Positions 45,148 to 53,704 of a stretch of 64,000 nt of DNA are shown one piece after another (position 1 is the stretch's first letter; the number at the start of each line of letters is the position of its first letter). A program made the position numbers and the translations under genes. The notes beneath the pieces are model-generated. The model was not told the DNA's origin. It searched no databases and saw only the letters and a list, made by a program, of their open reading frames with translations. Origin of the DNA: an uncultured Dehalococcoidia bacterium (GTDB lineage Bacteria; Chloroflexota; Dehalococcoidia; Lucifugimonadales; Australimonadaceae); the NCBI GenBank assembly GCA_964560025.1, contig CAZLKC010000001.1, positions 89,010-153,009 on the forward strand. The letters are read 5' to 3'.

Positions 45148-45334
45148 TAAGAGGCCTGCCTGGGTGGAGATGCTGGCAAGGCGGCGTCGCAAGACGCTCG
45201 TGGTTTGTGCGTCATACCACGCGAACATCCATGCCGGATGCCAGCTACAACCGAGCGTGCAGACAGCCTGATTGTTTCAATTGAGGACAAGCAGTTTATA
45301 CTTGACACCACCCCACGGCCGCACAGCAACGTCA

Positions 45335-45681
45335 CTACTCTTCGACAACGGCCTCTTCAACCAGCTTGCCCAAGAACGTGTCAGATCCCGAGGCCATGGC
45401 TAGGCATGCCATCTTGAGCATGCTGCGTAGGTCGTCGTCCGTTAGCGCCCCTAGCTCTCCCAATTCAGACAACCCCCCCGACGCCACCATCATTCGGCGC
45501 AAGGAGGCAACACTGAAGGAGCCGAAAGCGTCACGGCAGTCGTCGTACAGTTCTGGACTATAGGCGGCTTCGGCTGGTCCTTGCGGTCCGGTGGCCCCTG
45601 TGGTCCGGCTGGCCCGGTCATGCACGCAGTGGCAAACAATAGCACGACTAAGGTAAGAGTGGCTGTGGAAATAAACTTCAT
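45335..45681 (-). pseudogene. Small lipoprotein with collagen-like GXY triplets, interrupted by a 1-nt frameshift near 45590
   Basis: ATG at 45681 with GAGGA upstream. MKFISTATLTLVVLLFATAC is a signal peptide with a lipobox, followed by MTGPAGPQGPP. Restoring one base in CCACCGG^ACCGC continues GPQGPAEAAYSPELYDDC... into track ORF 45335..45625. The frame arithmetic (codon phase 0 to 1) fits a single-base loss. Confidence 0.55.
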
Positions 45682-45771
45682 GGCTACATCCTCACTTTTG
45701 CGCATTGCCTAGCCTTCTTAGGTTGTATACGTATGCTTATACTGGCATACGCATACCTCGTCAAGTCCCCT

Positions 45772-45800
45772 CCGTTCGCCTTGAGTGAACTCGAAGGGCG
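45772..45800. repeat. Degenerate copy C of the palindromic repeat (CCGTTCGCCTTGAGTGAACTCGAAGGGCG)
   Basis: Matches copy B at most positions, with 3 substitutions. Confidence 0.6.
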
Positions 45801-45850
45801 CCCCTCTGATACCCTCGCCCCGCTACACCTCTACCTCCAGGAGCGCCTTT

Positions 45851-46402
45851 ATGCCCCGCCTGCCCGAAATCACCCAGCGCGACCAGGTGGACGACGCCGC
45901 CAAGCCCCACTTCGACTCCATCATCGCCAGCAGAGGGCGCATCGGCGCCCCTTACCAATACCTGCTGCACTCGCCCGACCAGGCCGCCCGCGTCGCCCAC
46001 ACCATCGGCTTCGCCCGCTTCGATGCCACGCTCGACAGGCGCGTCTCCGAGATCGCCATCTGCGCCGTCGCCCGCGAACTCGACTGCCTCTACGAGTGGG
46101 CCGCCCACGAAGACGACGCCCGCGCCGCCGGGGTTGCCGAGCAGACCATCCAAGCCATCAAGCGCGGAAGCGCACCCGACGGGATTCCCGAAGAGGACGC
46201 CTCCATCGTCCGCTACGTCCAAGCCCTCTTGCGCCCGCCCCACCGCGTCGCAGACGCCGCATTCGACGCCCTCCGCCAGCGTCTAGGCGACCGCCACATG
46301 GCCGAACTCACCGCGGTCATCGGCAGCTACGCCATGCTCGCCTGCTGCCTCAACGCCTTCGACGTGCTCACGCCCGAGGGGCGCCCCATCCTCCCTGTCT
46401 AA
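45851..46402 (+). CDS. Carboxymuconolactone decarboxylase (CMD/AhpD-like) family protein
   Basis: Start MPRLPEITQRD inside track ORF 45785..46402 (whose first 22 codons run through repeat copy C). Two-repeat CMD pattern with EIAICAVARELDCLYEWAAH. Confidence 0.75.
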   Translation: MPRLPEITQRDQVDDAAKPHFDSIIASRGRIGAPYQYLLHSPDQAARVAHTIGFARFDATLDRRVSEIAICAVARELDCLYEWAAHEDDARAAGVAEQTIQAIKRGSAPDGIPEEDASIVRYVQALLRPPHRVADAAFDALRQRLGDRHMAELTAVIGSYAMLACCLNAFDVLTPEGRPILPV

Positions 46403-47457
46403 CCCACTGCGCGCGCCAGCGCCGGGCCGATGACCTCCCCGAACGCGCGCCGCTCCTCCTCCGGCCACTGGAACGACAGGTTCGCGTACATATAGACGCG
46501 TTCAACGCCCGACGCTTGCAACTCCAGGTAGCGCCCCGCCACGTAGTCCGGGTCGCCCAGCACCGCCATCGTGTCGCCCGCCGCCGCTTGCAATTCCGGC
46601 GGTATCGCCGCGTCCGCTATCTCCTCTGCCGCCACCCAGTCGTAGGGATGGCTCGCCGACGGCGCCAACCGCTGCATCGCCGCCCACCCCTCGCGCAGCC
46701 GCTCCGCGATGGGCGCCAGGTCGTACTCGACTCCGCGCGCCGCGAGCCACTCCTGCGCGTCCGGCCGCACCAGGTTCGGCAGCAGCTTGGGCGCGTGCGT
46801 GCGGTGTGCGAGGCGGCGCGTCTCGCGGATCATCGTCCGCACCTCTAGAACCAACTCCACCTCGGCGGGATCGCGCCCCGCCCTGGCCGCTCCGTCCGCC
46901 ACCCACTGCCTCGCCTGCGCCACCGACGCGGGGTCGGGCGACACGGCCAGCAGCGCGCCGTCGCACAGTTCGCCCGCGATGCCGAGCACCTTCGGGCCGC
47001 GGCCCGCAAGGAACACGGGCGGAGGCGGCCCATCGCTATGGTGCAGACGCACGTGCGGGTCGCCCCATATCCCCCACTCCCCCGCCATCGCCCGCTTAAT
47101 CTCCGAGACCGCCTGCCGCGTCTCCCGCAGCGTCAGCGCCGCCCGCCCGATGGTGGACGCCGCCGCGTCGCCGCGCCCGAGCCACACCTCGAACCGCCCC
47201 GGCCCCGCCTCCTGTGCCGTCCGCGCGGCGGACGCGATGACCGACGAGTGCCTCGGCCCCGGACAGGTGAGCGCCGGATGCACGACCAGCGCGTCCGTCG
47301 CCGCCAGCGCGTGCGACGACACGACGTAGGTGTCGCGGAAGTACAACTGCGAGTCGTTGAAACCGCAGGCGTAGAACCCTGCCTCTTCGCACTTGCGCGC
47401 GAACTCCGCCATCTCCCGCACCGGATGGCTCGGCGGCGTCCGCAGGTCTACCTTCAT
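46399..47457 (-). CDS. LLM-class F420/flavin-dependent oxidoreductase
   Basis: Start MKVDLRTPPSHP with GAGGAGG 5 nt upstream; the track ORF extends to 47496. Has FYACGFNDSQ and GRFEVWLGRGD luciferase-like patterns. Confidence 0.8.
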   Translation of the reverse strand: MKVDLRTPPSHPVREMAEFARKCEEAGFYACGFNDSQLYFRDTYVVSSHALAATDALVVHPALTCPGPRHSSVIASAARTAQEAGPGRFEVWLGRGDAAASTIGRAALTLRETRQAVSEIKRAMAGEWGIWGDPHVRLHHSDGPPPPVFLAGRGPKVLGIAGELCDGALLAVSPDPASVAQARQWVADGAARAGRDPAEVELVLEVRTMIRETRRLAHRTHAPKLLPNLVRPDAQEWLAARGVEYDLAPIAERLREGWAAMQRLAPSASHPYDWVAAEEIADAAIPPELQAAAGDTMAVLGDPDYVAGRYLELQASGVERVYMYANLSFQWPEEERRAFGEVIGPALARAVG

Positions 47458-47550
47458 CGCCCCTCCTCGCGCCCTATCGGCCCGGCTGCGCAGCATTCTA
47501 GCGGGCGCCTGCTATCCTGCGCCCACCCCACCCGGAGACGCCCCCGCGCT

Positions 47551-48747
47551 ATGACCACCACCGACGAGATCATCGCCGACTACCTCGACGAGGAGTACAT
47601 CATCGACACGCTGGTCGCGCTCCTCCGCACGCCGACCGACGTGCCGATGGGCGTCGACACGCTCATGGCGCCCGACGACCCGAAACTCGTCCACTTCGTC
47701 CAGGAGGTCATCCGCCCCGAACTGCTCGCCATCGGCGCCTACGGCGTCATCGAGGCGCCCCTCAACCAACTGGTCGTCCGCATGGGCGAGGGCGAATCCG
47801 ACCGCGCCCTCCTCGTTATGGCCTACACCCCCAGCCAGCACTCCAACCTGATGAGCGACCCCTTCGGCGGGCGCGTGGCGATGGGCACGGCGTTCGGCTT
47901 CGACGAACCCTGCGCTTTCGGCCAGGGTGCCACACAGAACAAGTCCCACTTCGCCGCTATGCTCGGCGTGCTGAAGATGCTCGTCGAATCGGGCGCGCCA
48001 CTGCGCGGCGCCCTCTACTTCGGCGTCAACAACGAGGGGCGCTCCAGCCACGCCTGCTCCGACGCCATCATCGGCGCGCTCCCGTCCAAGCCGACGCTCG
48101 GCGTGGTGCTCCAGCGCACCAACTTCCGCCTCCAACTCGGCAACCGCGGGCGCGTCGACGTCTACGTAACGGTCAAGGGCAAGGCATCCCACTCCAGCCG
48201 CCCCGACCTGGGCCTCAACGCCATTATGGGCGCCAACGAGGCCGTTAACCGCATCGCCAAGATGACCTTCTCCAAGACCCACCCCAAACTAGGCGGCCTC
48301 CACGCCGTGCCCTACCAAATCTCCTACGCGCCGCTAGCCCCGCACACGCTGCCGGACACCGCGCGCATCGTCGTCGACCGCCGCCTCCTCCCCGGCGACG
48401 ACATCGACGCGGCTGTGGACGAGGTGCGCGCCGCCGTAGGCGACCTCAGCCCGTTCGAGGTTACGGTGGAGCGCGGCGTCCATATGCTGCCCGCCCTCGT
48501 GGAGCCGGACGACCCCAACGTCCAGGCCATCATCGCCGCCCACGCGAGCGTCTTCGGCCAAGAGCCGGAGCACTACTACCACCCCGGCTCCTACGACGCA
48601 GGCGGCCCCAACGCCCACGGCATACCCACCGTCCAGTACGGAACCAACGGCGCCAACACCCTCCTAGGCGAGGACTTCGTCCCCCTATCGAGCGTCGTCA
48701 ACGAAGCCCGCGTCCTAGCAACGCTCGCGCTCGACTACCTGGCGTAG
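47551..48747 (+). CDS. M20-family metallopeptidase/deacylase (ArgE/DapE-like)
   Basis: Start MTTTDEIIADYLDEEY inside track ORF 47038..48747. GRVDVYVTVKGKASHSSRPDLGLNAI is the typical M20 dimerisation-domain motif. Confidence 0.8.
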   Translation: MTTTDEIIADYLDEEYIIDTLVALLRTPTDVPMGVDTLMAPDDPKLVHFVQEVIRPELLAIGAYGVIEAPLNQLVVRMGEGESDRALLVMAYTPSQHSNLMSDPFGGRVAMGTAFGFDEPCAFGQGATQNKSHFAAMLGVLKMLVESGAPLRGALYFGVNNEGRSSHACSDAIIGALPSKPTLGVVLQRTNFRLQLGNRGRVDVYVTVKGKASHSSRPDLGLNAIMGANEAVNRIAKMTFSKTHPKLGGLHAVPYQISYAPLAPHTLPDTARIVVDRRLLPGDDIDAAVDEVRAAVGDLSPFEVTVERGVHMLPALVEPDDPNVQAIIAAHASVFGQEPEHYYHPGSYDAGGPNAHGIPTVQYGTNGANTLLGEDFVPLSSVVNEARVLATLALDYLA

Positions 48748-48768
48748 GCGCCGCCGCCGGCGCCGCCC

Positions 48769-49395
48769 CTACCCGCCGAAGATGGTCACGCCCAACGGCT
48801 TGCAACGGCCATCGTTGATGGGGCCGTTGTCGTTGGGACAGGCCGATATCCCCGCAAGGATATCCATCTCCGCGCGCAGGATGATGTGATCGCCCGCCAC
48901 CGTCTCCGGCGCCTTGAACGTGAAGAGGCCGTTGGCGTCCATCTCCACGTTCATAAACATGTTGAACATGTCGTTGATGTCGTCCCCTGTCAAGCCGTAG
49001 GGCGCAAGCGCCTCCGTGATGTTCTGCTGGCAGCTGCGGTCGGGGTTGCCGTGGCCGGAGAGTTCGCCGAGGCGCGCGGTGCAGCGCCCGCCCATGTTGC
49101 CCCAGTGGTTCTTCACCGTGTCCTCCAGCACAGTCAGCATCACGTTCTCGCGGGGCGGCTTGGAGTAGAAGTGCTTGAAGGAGTGGGCGTCGCCCGTGCC
49201 CAGCATCACGTTGATCGCCCACGACTGGCCGACGTGGAACCACTCCTTGTAGTCGTGAGCGTTGTAGAACACGCAGTCGCCCACCTGGCGGTCCTCCACC
49301 AGGTACAGGCGGATGACCTGCCCCTTCTTTATCTCGAACGCCATCCCGTGCCGCGCAGGGATGATGGTGTCCAGCACAACCTCGCCGTAGCTCAT
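48769..49395 (-). CDS. DUF1989 (urea-carboxylase-associated/aminomethyltransferase-like) family protein
   Basis: Start MSYGEVVLDTIIPARHG with GAGGAGG 6 nt upstream. Contains GQVIRLYLVEDRQVGDCVFYNAHD, LTVLEDTV and DHIILRAEMD. Confidence 0.75.
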   Translation of the reverse strand: MSYGEVVLDTIIPARHGMAFEIKKGQVIRLYLVEDRQVGDCVFYNAHDYKEWFHVGQSWAINVMLGTGDAHSFKHFYSKPPRENVMLTVLEDTVKNHWGNMGGRCTARLGELSGHGNPDRSCQQNITEALAPYGLTGDDINDMFNMFMNVEMDANGLFTFKAPETVAGDHIILRAEMDILAGISACPNDNGPINDGRCKPLGVTIFGG

Positions 49396-49513
49396 CGTAT
49401 GCCTCCTCACGGGGCGCCGCGCGCCGGATAGCGTGGTTCTACCACACTGCCCGCTGCGCCGCTCTCCCGTTCCCCGCCGCCAGCGCGTTGGCGCATAATA
49501 TGAATGCGGCGGC

Positions 49514-49600
49514 GCCGAGGTGGCGGAATGGTAGACGCGGCGGACTTAAAATCCGCTGTCCCTGTGGGACGTGTGGGTTCGAAACCCTCCCTCGGCACCA
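49514..49600 (+). tRNA. tRNA-Leu (anticodon TAA), long variable arm, CCA encoded
   Basis: GCCGAGGTGGCGGAATGGTAGACGCGGCGGACTTAAAATCCGCTGTCCCTGTGGGACGTGTGGGTTCGAAACCCTCCCTCGGCACCA. Acceptor GCCGAGG/CCTCGGC, anticodon loop CTTAAAA. Confidence 0.9.
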
Positions 49601-49624
49601 ACACCGCCCGCAAGGAGGCGCGCT

Positions 49625-50221
49625 ATGGCCGTTGCGTGGGTCAAGACCGTCGAGGAGTCGGAGGCGGCAGGCGAGCTCGCCGAACTCTACGAGGAGGCGC
49701 GCCAACGGCTGGGCCGCGTCCCCCCGATGATCAAGGCGCTCAGCCTCCGCCCCAAGGTGGCCGCCGCCAAGGAGAACCTGCGGCGCAGCCTCATCGGTGA
49801 CGCGTCCTCCCTTGGCGCACGCCGCGCCGACATGATCAGCGTCGTCGTGTCGGGCCTCAACCGCTGCCGCTTCTGAGGCGCCGCCCACGCCGGATCGTTG
49901 GTCCGGCGCGGCGACGCCGACGAGGAATTCTCCGTCGCCCTCTACAACGACTGGCGCAGCGCCGACCTCGCCCCCGAGGAGCGCGTGATGCTCGCCTACG
50001 TGGAGAAACTCACCTTCCATCCCGCGATGACCACGGCGGACGACCTGCAAGTGCTGCGCGACGCCGGCTTCACCGACGAGCAGATAACCGACGTCGTGAT
50101 GCTGACCGGCTACCGCGCTATGCTCAACCGCCTCCACGACGGCCTCGGCCTCACCCTCGACGACCACGTGGAGCGCTCCGGCCATGCCTTCGTCGACCGC
50201 TTCCCCGGCGTGGCGGGCTAG
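49625..50221 (+). CDS. AhpD-like/CMD 'peroxidase-related' protein read through an in-frame TGA (putative selenocysteine, CxxU motif)
   Basis: Track ORFs 49571..49876 and 49898..50221 are in the same frame, separated only by TGA (49874-76) and 7 sense codons. The joined sequence reads ...VVVSGLNRCRF-U-GAAHAGSL..., matching the S-x2-N-x-C-x-(Y/F)-C-x3-H core of this family. AAGGAGG lies 7 nt before the ATG at 49625; the earlier Met at 49571 lies inside the tRNA. Confidence 0.7.
49879..49913 (+). promoter_or_regulatory. SECIS-like stem-loop immediately 3' of the in-frame TGA
   Basis: CGCCG(49879-83)-CCCA bulge-CGCCGGA(49888-94)-loop TCGTTGG-TCCGGCG(49902-08)-CGGCG(49909-13), giving 12 Watson-Crick pairs. 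The G/U-containing apical loop lies 21-27 nt after the U of UGA. Confidence 0.55.
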
Positions 50222-50233
50222 CCGCCGCGGGCG

Positions 50234-52438
50234 CTAGCCCCCCGGCCGCAGCAACCGCCGAATCAGCGCGCCGCGCAGCTGCCCCCACGCGTGCTCCGCG
50301 TGCATCCGCTGGCTCATACTGACTCGCCAAGGGCTGTAGCGGTAGGTCGTGTACGCCTCGCTGATGTCGAGCACCGCCCACGCGTGCGAGGGCATGCGCC
50401 GCGCCAGCGCTCGCCCATACTCCAACGGCGTCTGGTGCGGGCGCTGCGGCGTCCCCAGCAGCACGCCCAACCGCGTCATCTTGCCGTACAGCTCCGCCGT
50501 TCGGTCGAGGTTGGAGAGGCGCCACCACGCGCGGTGGTAGACGAACGTCAACGCCGCGAACAACAATCCGGCCAACGCGAGCGCCGCCAGCAGCGTCTGC
50601 GAGAGCCCGCCCCCACCCGTCGCGGCGACGCCCACCGGCACGGACGCAGGCTGATCCTCGAGGAACGTCCCCTCGACGAAATCGGCGTCGATGCCGCCCC
50701 GCGAATCGGCGGCGCCAGCCAGCTCGCCCCCGAATTCGATCGCTTCCGGCGGCGTCGGCTCGAACTGCTGCCAGCCGAACCCGGGGAAGTACACCTCCGG
50801 CCACGCGTGGTAATGGAACTCGCGGACGACGTATTCGTTGCGGTCTTGGTCGTACTGCCCCGGCGCATAGCCCAGCACGTAGCGCGCCGGCACGCCCAGC
50901 GAGCGCATCAGCACCACCATCGCCGAGGCGTAGTAGTCGCAGTAGCCCTCCCGCGTCTCGAACAGGAAGAAGTCCACCCCGTCGCTGCCCGCCGGGGGCT
51001 GCGGCACGCCCAATTCGTAGCGGTAGTTGGCCAGCAGGTAGTCGCGCACCGCCAGGGTCTGGTCGTAAGGCGTCTCCGCGCCGCTCGCCGCCTCCGCCGC
51101 AAGGTCGCGCACCCGCTGTGGGAGCGTCTCCGGCAACTGCAAGTACGCGCCGGCGACCCAATCGGGATACGGCTCGGACGCACTCCCGCGCAACCGCGAT
51201 GCACTCGCCAGCAGCACCGATCCCTCCGAGCGGTAGCGCAGATTGAGCCGCGTCTTGAAGTAGTCCAGCCCCTCGCCGTACTTCACCTGCAGCACGTCCC
51301 ACGGCGTATCCGGGTTGGCCAGCGCCAGCGCCGGAGCGTCAAACCGCAGCGGATGCCCCCCGGAGAACAGGCTGTCCGTCGCCGCGTCCAACCGGAACTC
51401 GTGCCGCACCACCACCCTGTCTCCGCTCACTGCCTCCTGCGGCGCGAAGTCGATGAACTCCGCCGCGCCCGTCGACCAACCGGAGCCGGTGTAGTCCGTA
51501 TAGGCGCGGACGCGCCACAACTGCGGCGGCCCGGCGACGCTGAACAGGCGCTGGTCGGACAGCTGCGGATTGCCCCGCAGCGTCGTCTCCTCTTCGTAGG
51601 TGAGCGTGGCGTAGTGGCGGCGCGAGGGCAGCGCATTGAACAGGCGGCCCAATGCCTCCTCCACGGCGTCCACGGACGATTGCGCACGCCGCGCCGCGCC
51701 GTCGAACGGCGTCCACGGGATAACCGGCAGCGTCGAGACCAGCAGCACCGCCGCCACGCCGAAGCCGAGGATGAACACCGAGTGCGAGAGCGCCAGCGAC
51801 GGCGCGTACTCGATCCCCCGCTCGCGCCAAACGTGCTGCCGCCGCAGCGTCGAGGTGTGGATAAGCAGCGCGAGGCTCGCGGCCATAAAGGCGGCCAGCC
51901 ACGCCGCGCCACCACCAGCCACGTTTTCAAGCACCGTAACTTGCACAAGCCCCGCCGGCACGATTAGCGGCCACGCCTGACGCCGGTGCAGCGCCAGCCC
52001 CGCCCCCCAGAATCCCAGCGCCCAGAAGAGCGCCGTCATTAAGATGGCGAACTCCACCCGCCCGGGCAGCGCCTCCTCGCTCGCGATAGCGCCAATCCAC
52101 GCCGCCGCCTCCGGCGCGAGTCCCGCGAGCCTCGCCCCCAGGCTCTCTTGCGGCATCACCGCAATTGCCGAGGCGATGACGAGCGCAACGCCGCCCGCGA
52201 GCGCCGCCGCTTGCGCCCGCGCGCGTGGCCACCTGAAGTAGTCGCTGACTACTAGCAGCGCCAACGCCAGCAGCGTAACCACGACGATCGGCGCCATCCC
52301 CGGAACCCAGCGAGCGCTCTGCACCGGCCACGCCACGCTGACTAGCAGCAACCCCATGAGCAGCACGCTCATGCCCTCGCCGCTGGCGAAGCGCTGCCAC
52401 AGCGAGAATTCGCGCAGACTCGCGGCTTGGGCGCTCAT
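50234..52438 (-). CDS. Transglutaminase-domain membrane protein (TgpA-like: DUF3488 N-terminal helices, TGase core, DUF4129-like C-terminus)
   Basis: Start MSAQAASLREFSLWQRF inside track ORF 50234..53167 (ATGA overlap with the DUF58 stop). About 6 N-terminal TM helices. Core REGYCDYYASAMVVLMRSLGVPARYVLGY...HAWPEVYF (Cys-His-Asp type) and a C-terminal TM helix. Confidence 0.85.
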   Translation of the reverse strand: MSAQAASLREFSLWQRFASGEGMSVLLMGLLLVSVAWPVQSARWVPGMAPIVVVTLLALALLVVSDYFRWPRARAQAAALAGGVALVIASAIAVMPQESLGARLAGLAPEAAAWIGAIASEEALPGRVEFAILMTALFWALGFWGAGLALHRRQAWPLIVPAGLVQVTVLENVAGGGAAWLAAFMAASLALLIHTSTLRRQHVWRERGIEYAPSLALSHSVFILGFGVAAVLLVSTLPVIPWTPFDGAARRAQSSVDAVEEALGRLFNALPSRRHYATLTYEEETTLRGNPQLSDQRLFSVAGPPQLWRVRAYTDYTGSGWSTGAAEFIDFAPQEAVSGDRVVVRHEFRLDAATDSLFSGGHPLRFDAPALALANPDTPWDVLQVKYGEGLDYFKTRLNLRYRSEGSVLLASASRLRGSASEPYPDWVAGAYLQLPETLPQRVRDLAAEAASGAETPYDQTLAVRDYLLANYRYELGVPQPPAGSDGVDFFLFETREGYCDYYASAMVVLMRSLGVPARYVLGYAPGQYDQDRNEYVVREFHYHAWPEVYFPGFGWQQFEPTPPEAIEFGGELAGAADSRGGIDADFVEGTFLEDQPASVPVGVAATGGGGLSQTLLAALALAGLLFAALTFVYHRAWWRLSNLDRTAELYGKMTRLGVLLGTPQRPHQTPLEYGRALARRMPSHAWAVLDISEAYTTYRYSPWRVSMSQRMHAEHAWGQLRGALIRRLLRPGG

Positions 52439-53676
52439 CCCGCCGCAACCCGCTCGATGTCGCCGATGGGCGCGTGCCCGGCGGAGGCGTAGTCCAACCG
52501 CCGCTGGATGTCGTCCCCTCGATGGATGACATACGCCTGCACGCCCGCGCCGGGCAGGCGGTAAGCGCCGCCGTGCATAGGCGGCTCGCCGCGAAAGCTC
52601 CCCGCCTCCAACAGGATCGGCACGGCGGTAACGTCGCGCGTCTGGTAGAAGGAGGCCGCCGCGGCGGCCTCGCCGGCGCTGCCTGCGGTAACCACCACGG
52701 CGGTCGTGTCGGGAAGCACCACGCCCCCCGAGCGCCTCACCGTCTCCAACAGCGGCCCCGATGCTCCCGGCTCGGCCAGAGCGAGCGCTTGCAGCACGCG
52801 CCCTAACTGCGCCGCCCCCGTGTCCGCGCTCACCTGCGTGTGCTCGCGCCCGCCTATCACCAGCCCCACCGTGCGCCCGCTGTCCAAGAAGCGGCGCGCG
52901 ACGGAGGCCGCGATGGTCACCGCGTATTCCACCGTGCTCTCCGTGCCTGCCCCCGCCTGCGCCGCCTCGTACAGGTCGACGACGACCCATATCGCGTCGG
53001 ATGGCCCGGCGGGCTCGCGATCGAACTCCTTGACCATCAGGCGCCCCATCCGCAACGTCGTCGGCCAGTGGACGCGGTTGGCCGCGTCGCCCGCCGAGAA
53101 GTCGCGCACTCCGGCGGCCACCGGGCTCGGCAGCAGCGTTCGCCCCGCCGCCACGCCCTCGCTCCAACCTCTGCCCGTAGGCACGTGGAAGCCGGGCAAT
53201 TCCACCGTCGCCGGGTAGATCAGCGTCGCCTCTCGTTTGCCCAGCACCCGGCGGCGCTCGAACAGCCCGAACGGATCGCGCAGCGTAACCTCGACCCTGC
53301 CGTGCTCATAGAGGCCGCGCCGCTCGGCGCGCGTCCGCGTCCTCCACGTCGTCTCCTGGTACGGCCACAGGCTCAGCACGCGCCCCGGCGAGGCGAACGG
53401 CGTGGTGGCGTGACGCACTTCGATGAGCAACTTGGGCCACCAGTGCAGACTGCGGAGGCTTATCTCCTCCTCAATGTAGTCGCCGACCTGGATGTAGGCG
53501 GTGATGCGCCGCACGCGCGCGTCCAACCCGCGCGCAGCAAGCCCCGCCATCCCAAAGCCGATGAGCGGAACCGCGAACAGCGCGTAGGACAGGCGGAAGG
53601 CGATGTCGGAGCCGGTGGCCAACCCCACGCTCAGCAACAGCGCCGCCAGCGCCAACCACAGCAGCCTTCCTTTCAC
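52435..53676 (-). CDS. DUF58-domain protein (vWA-like, MoxR-associated)
   Basis: Contains EDPFGLF-like DPFGLFERR, VRDFSAGDAANRVHWPTTLRMGRLMVKEF (the DUF58 signature) and IWVVVDL. Two N-terminal TM helices. The start is uncertain: GTG at 53676 with GGGAG upstream is preferred, while the track ORF reaches 53760 and overlaps moxR. Confidence 0.8.
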   Translation of the reverse strand: MKGRLLWLALAALLLSVGLATGSDIAFRLSYALFAVPLIGFGMAGLAARGLDARVRRITAYIQVGDYIEEEISLRSLHWWPKLLIEVRHATTPFASPGRVLSLWPYQETTWRTRTRAERRGLYEHGRVEVTLRDPFGLFERRRVLGKREATLIYPATVELPGFHVPTGRGWSEGVAAGRTLLPSPVAAGVRDFSAGDAANRVHWPTTLRMGRLMVKEFDREPAGPSDAIWVVVDLYEAAQAGAGTESTVEYAVTIAASVARRFLDSGRTVGLVIGGREHTQVSADTGAAQLGRVLQALALAEPGASGPLLETVRRSGGVVLPDTTAVVVTAGSAGEAAAAASFYQTRDVTAVPILLEAGSFRGEPPMHGGAYRLPGAGVQAYVIHRGDDIQRRLDYASAGHAPIGDIERVAAG

Positions 53677-53704
53677 CTCGGTCTCCCGCGACGGCGCGCG
53701 CCGC

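Noticed and set aside
45147-45335. 62-aa track ORF 45147..45335 (-) and 70-aa ORF 45205..45417 (+) in the AT-richer islet
   Set aside because: No SD sequence, no motifs and mutual overlap. These are possibly remnants of degraded foreign genes, but they cannot be supported.
49571-49624. Upstream Met (49571) as the start of the AhpD-like gene
   Set aside because: It lies inside tRNA-Leu (49514..49600). The ATG at 49625 has a strong AAGGAGG site at proper spacing.
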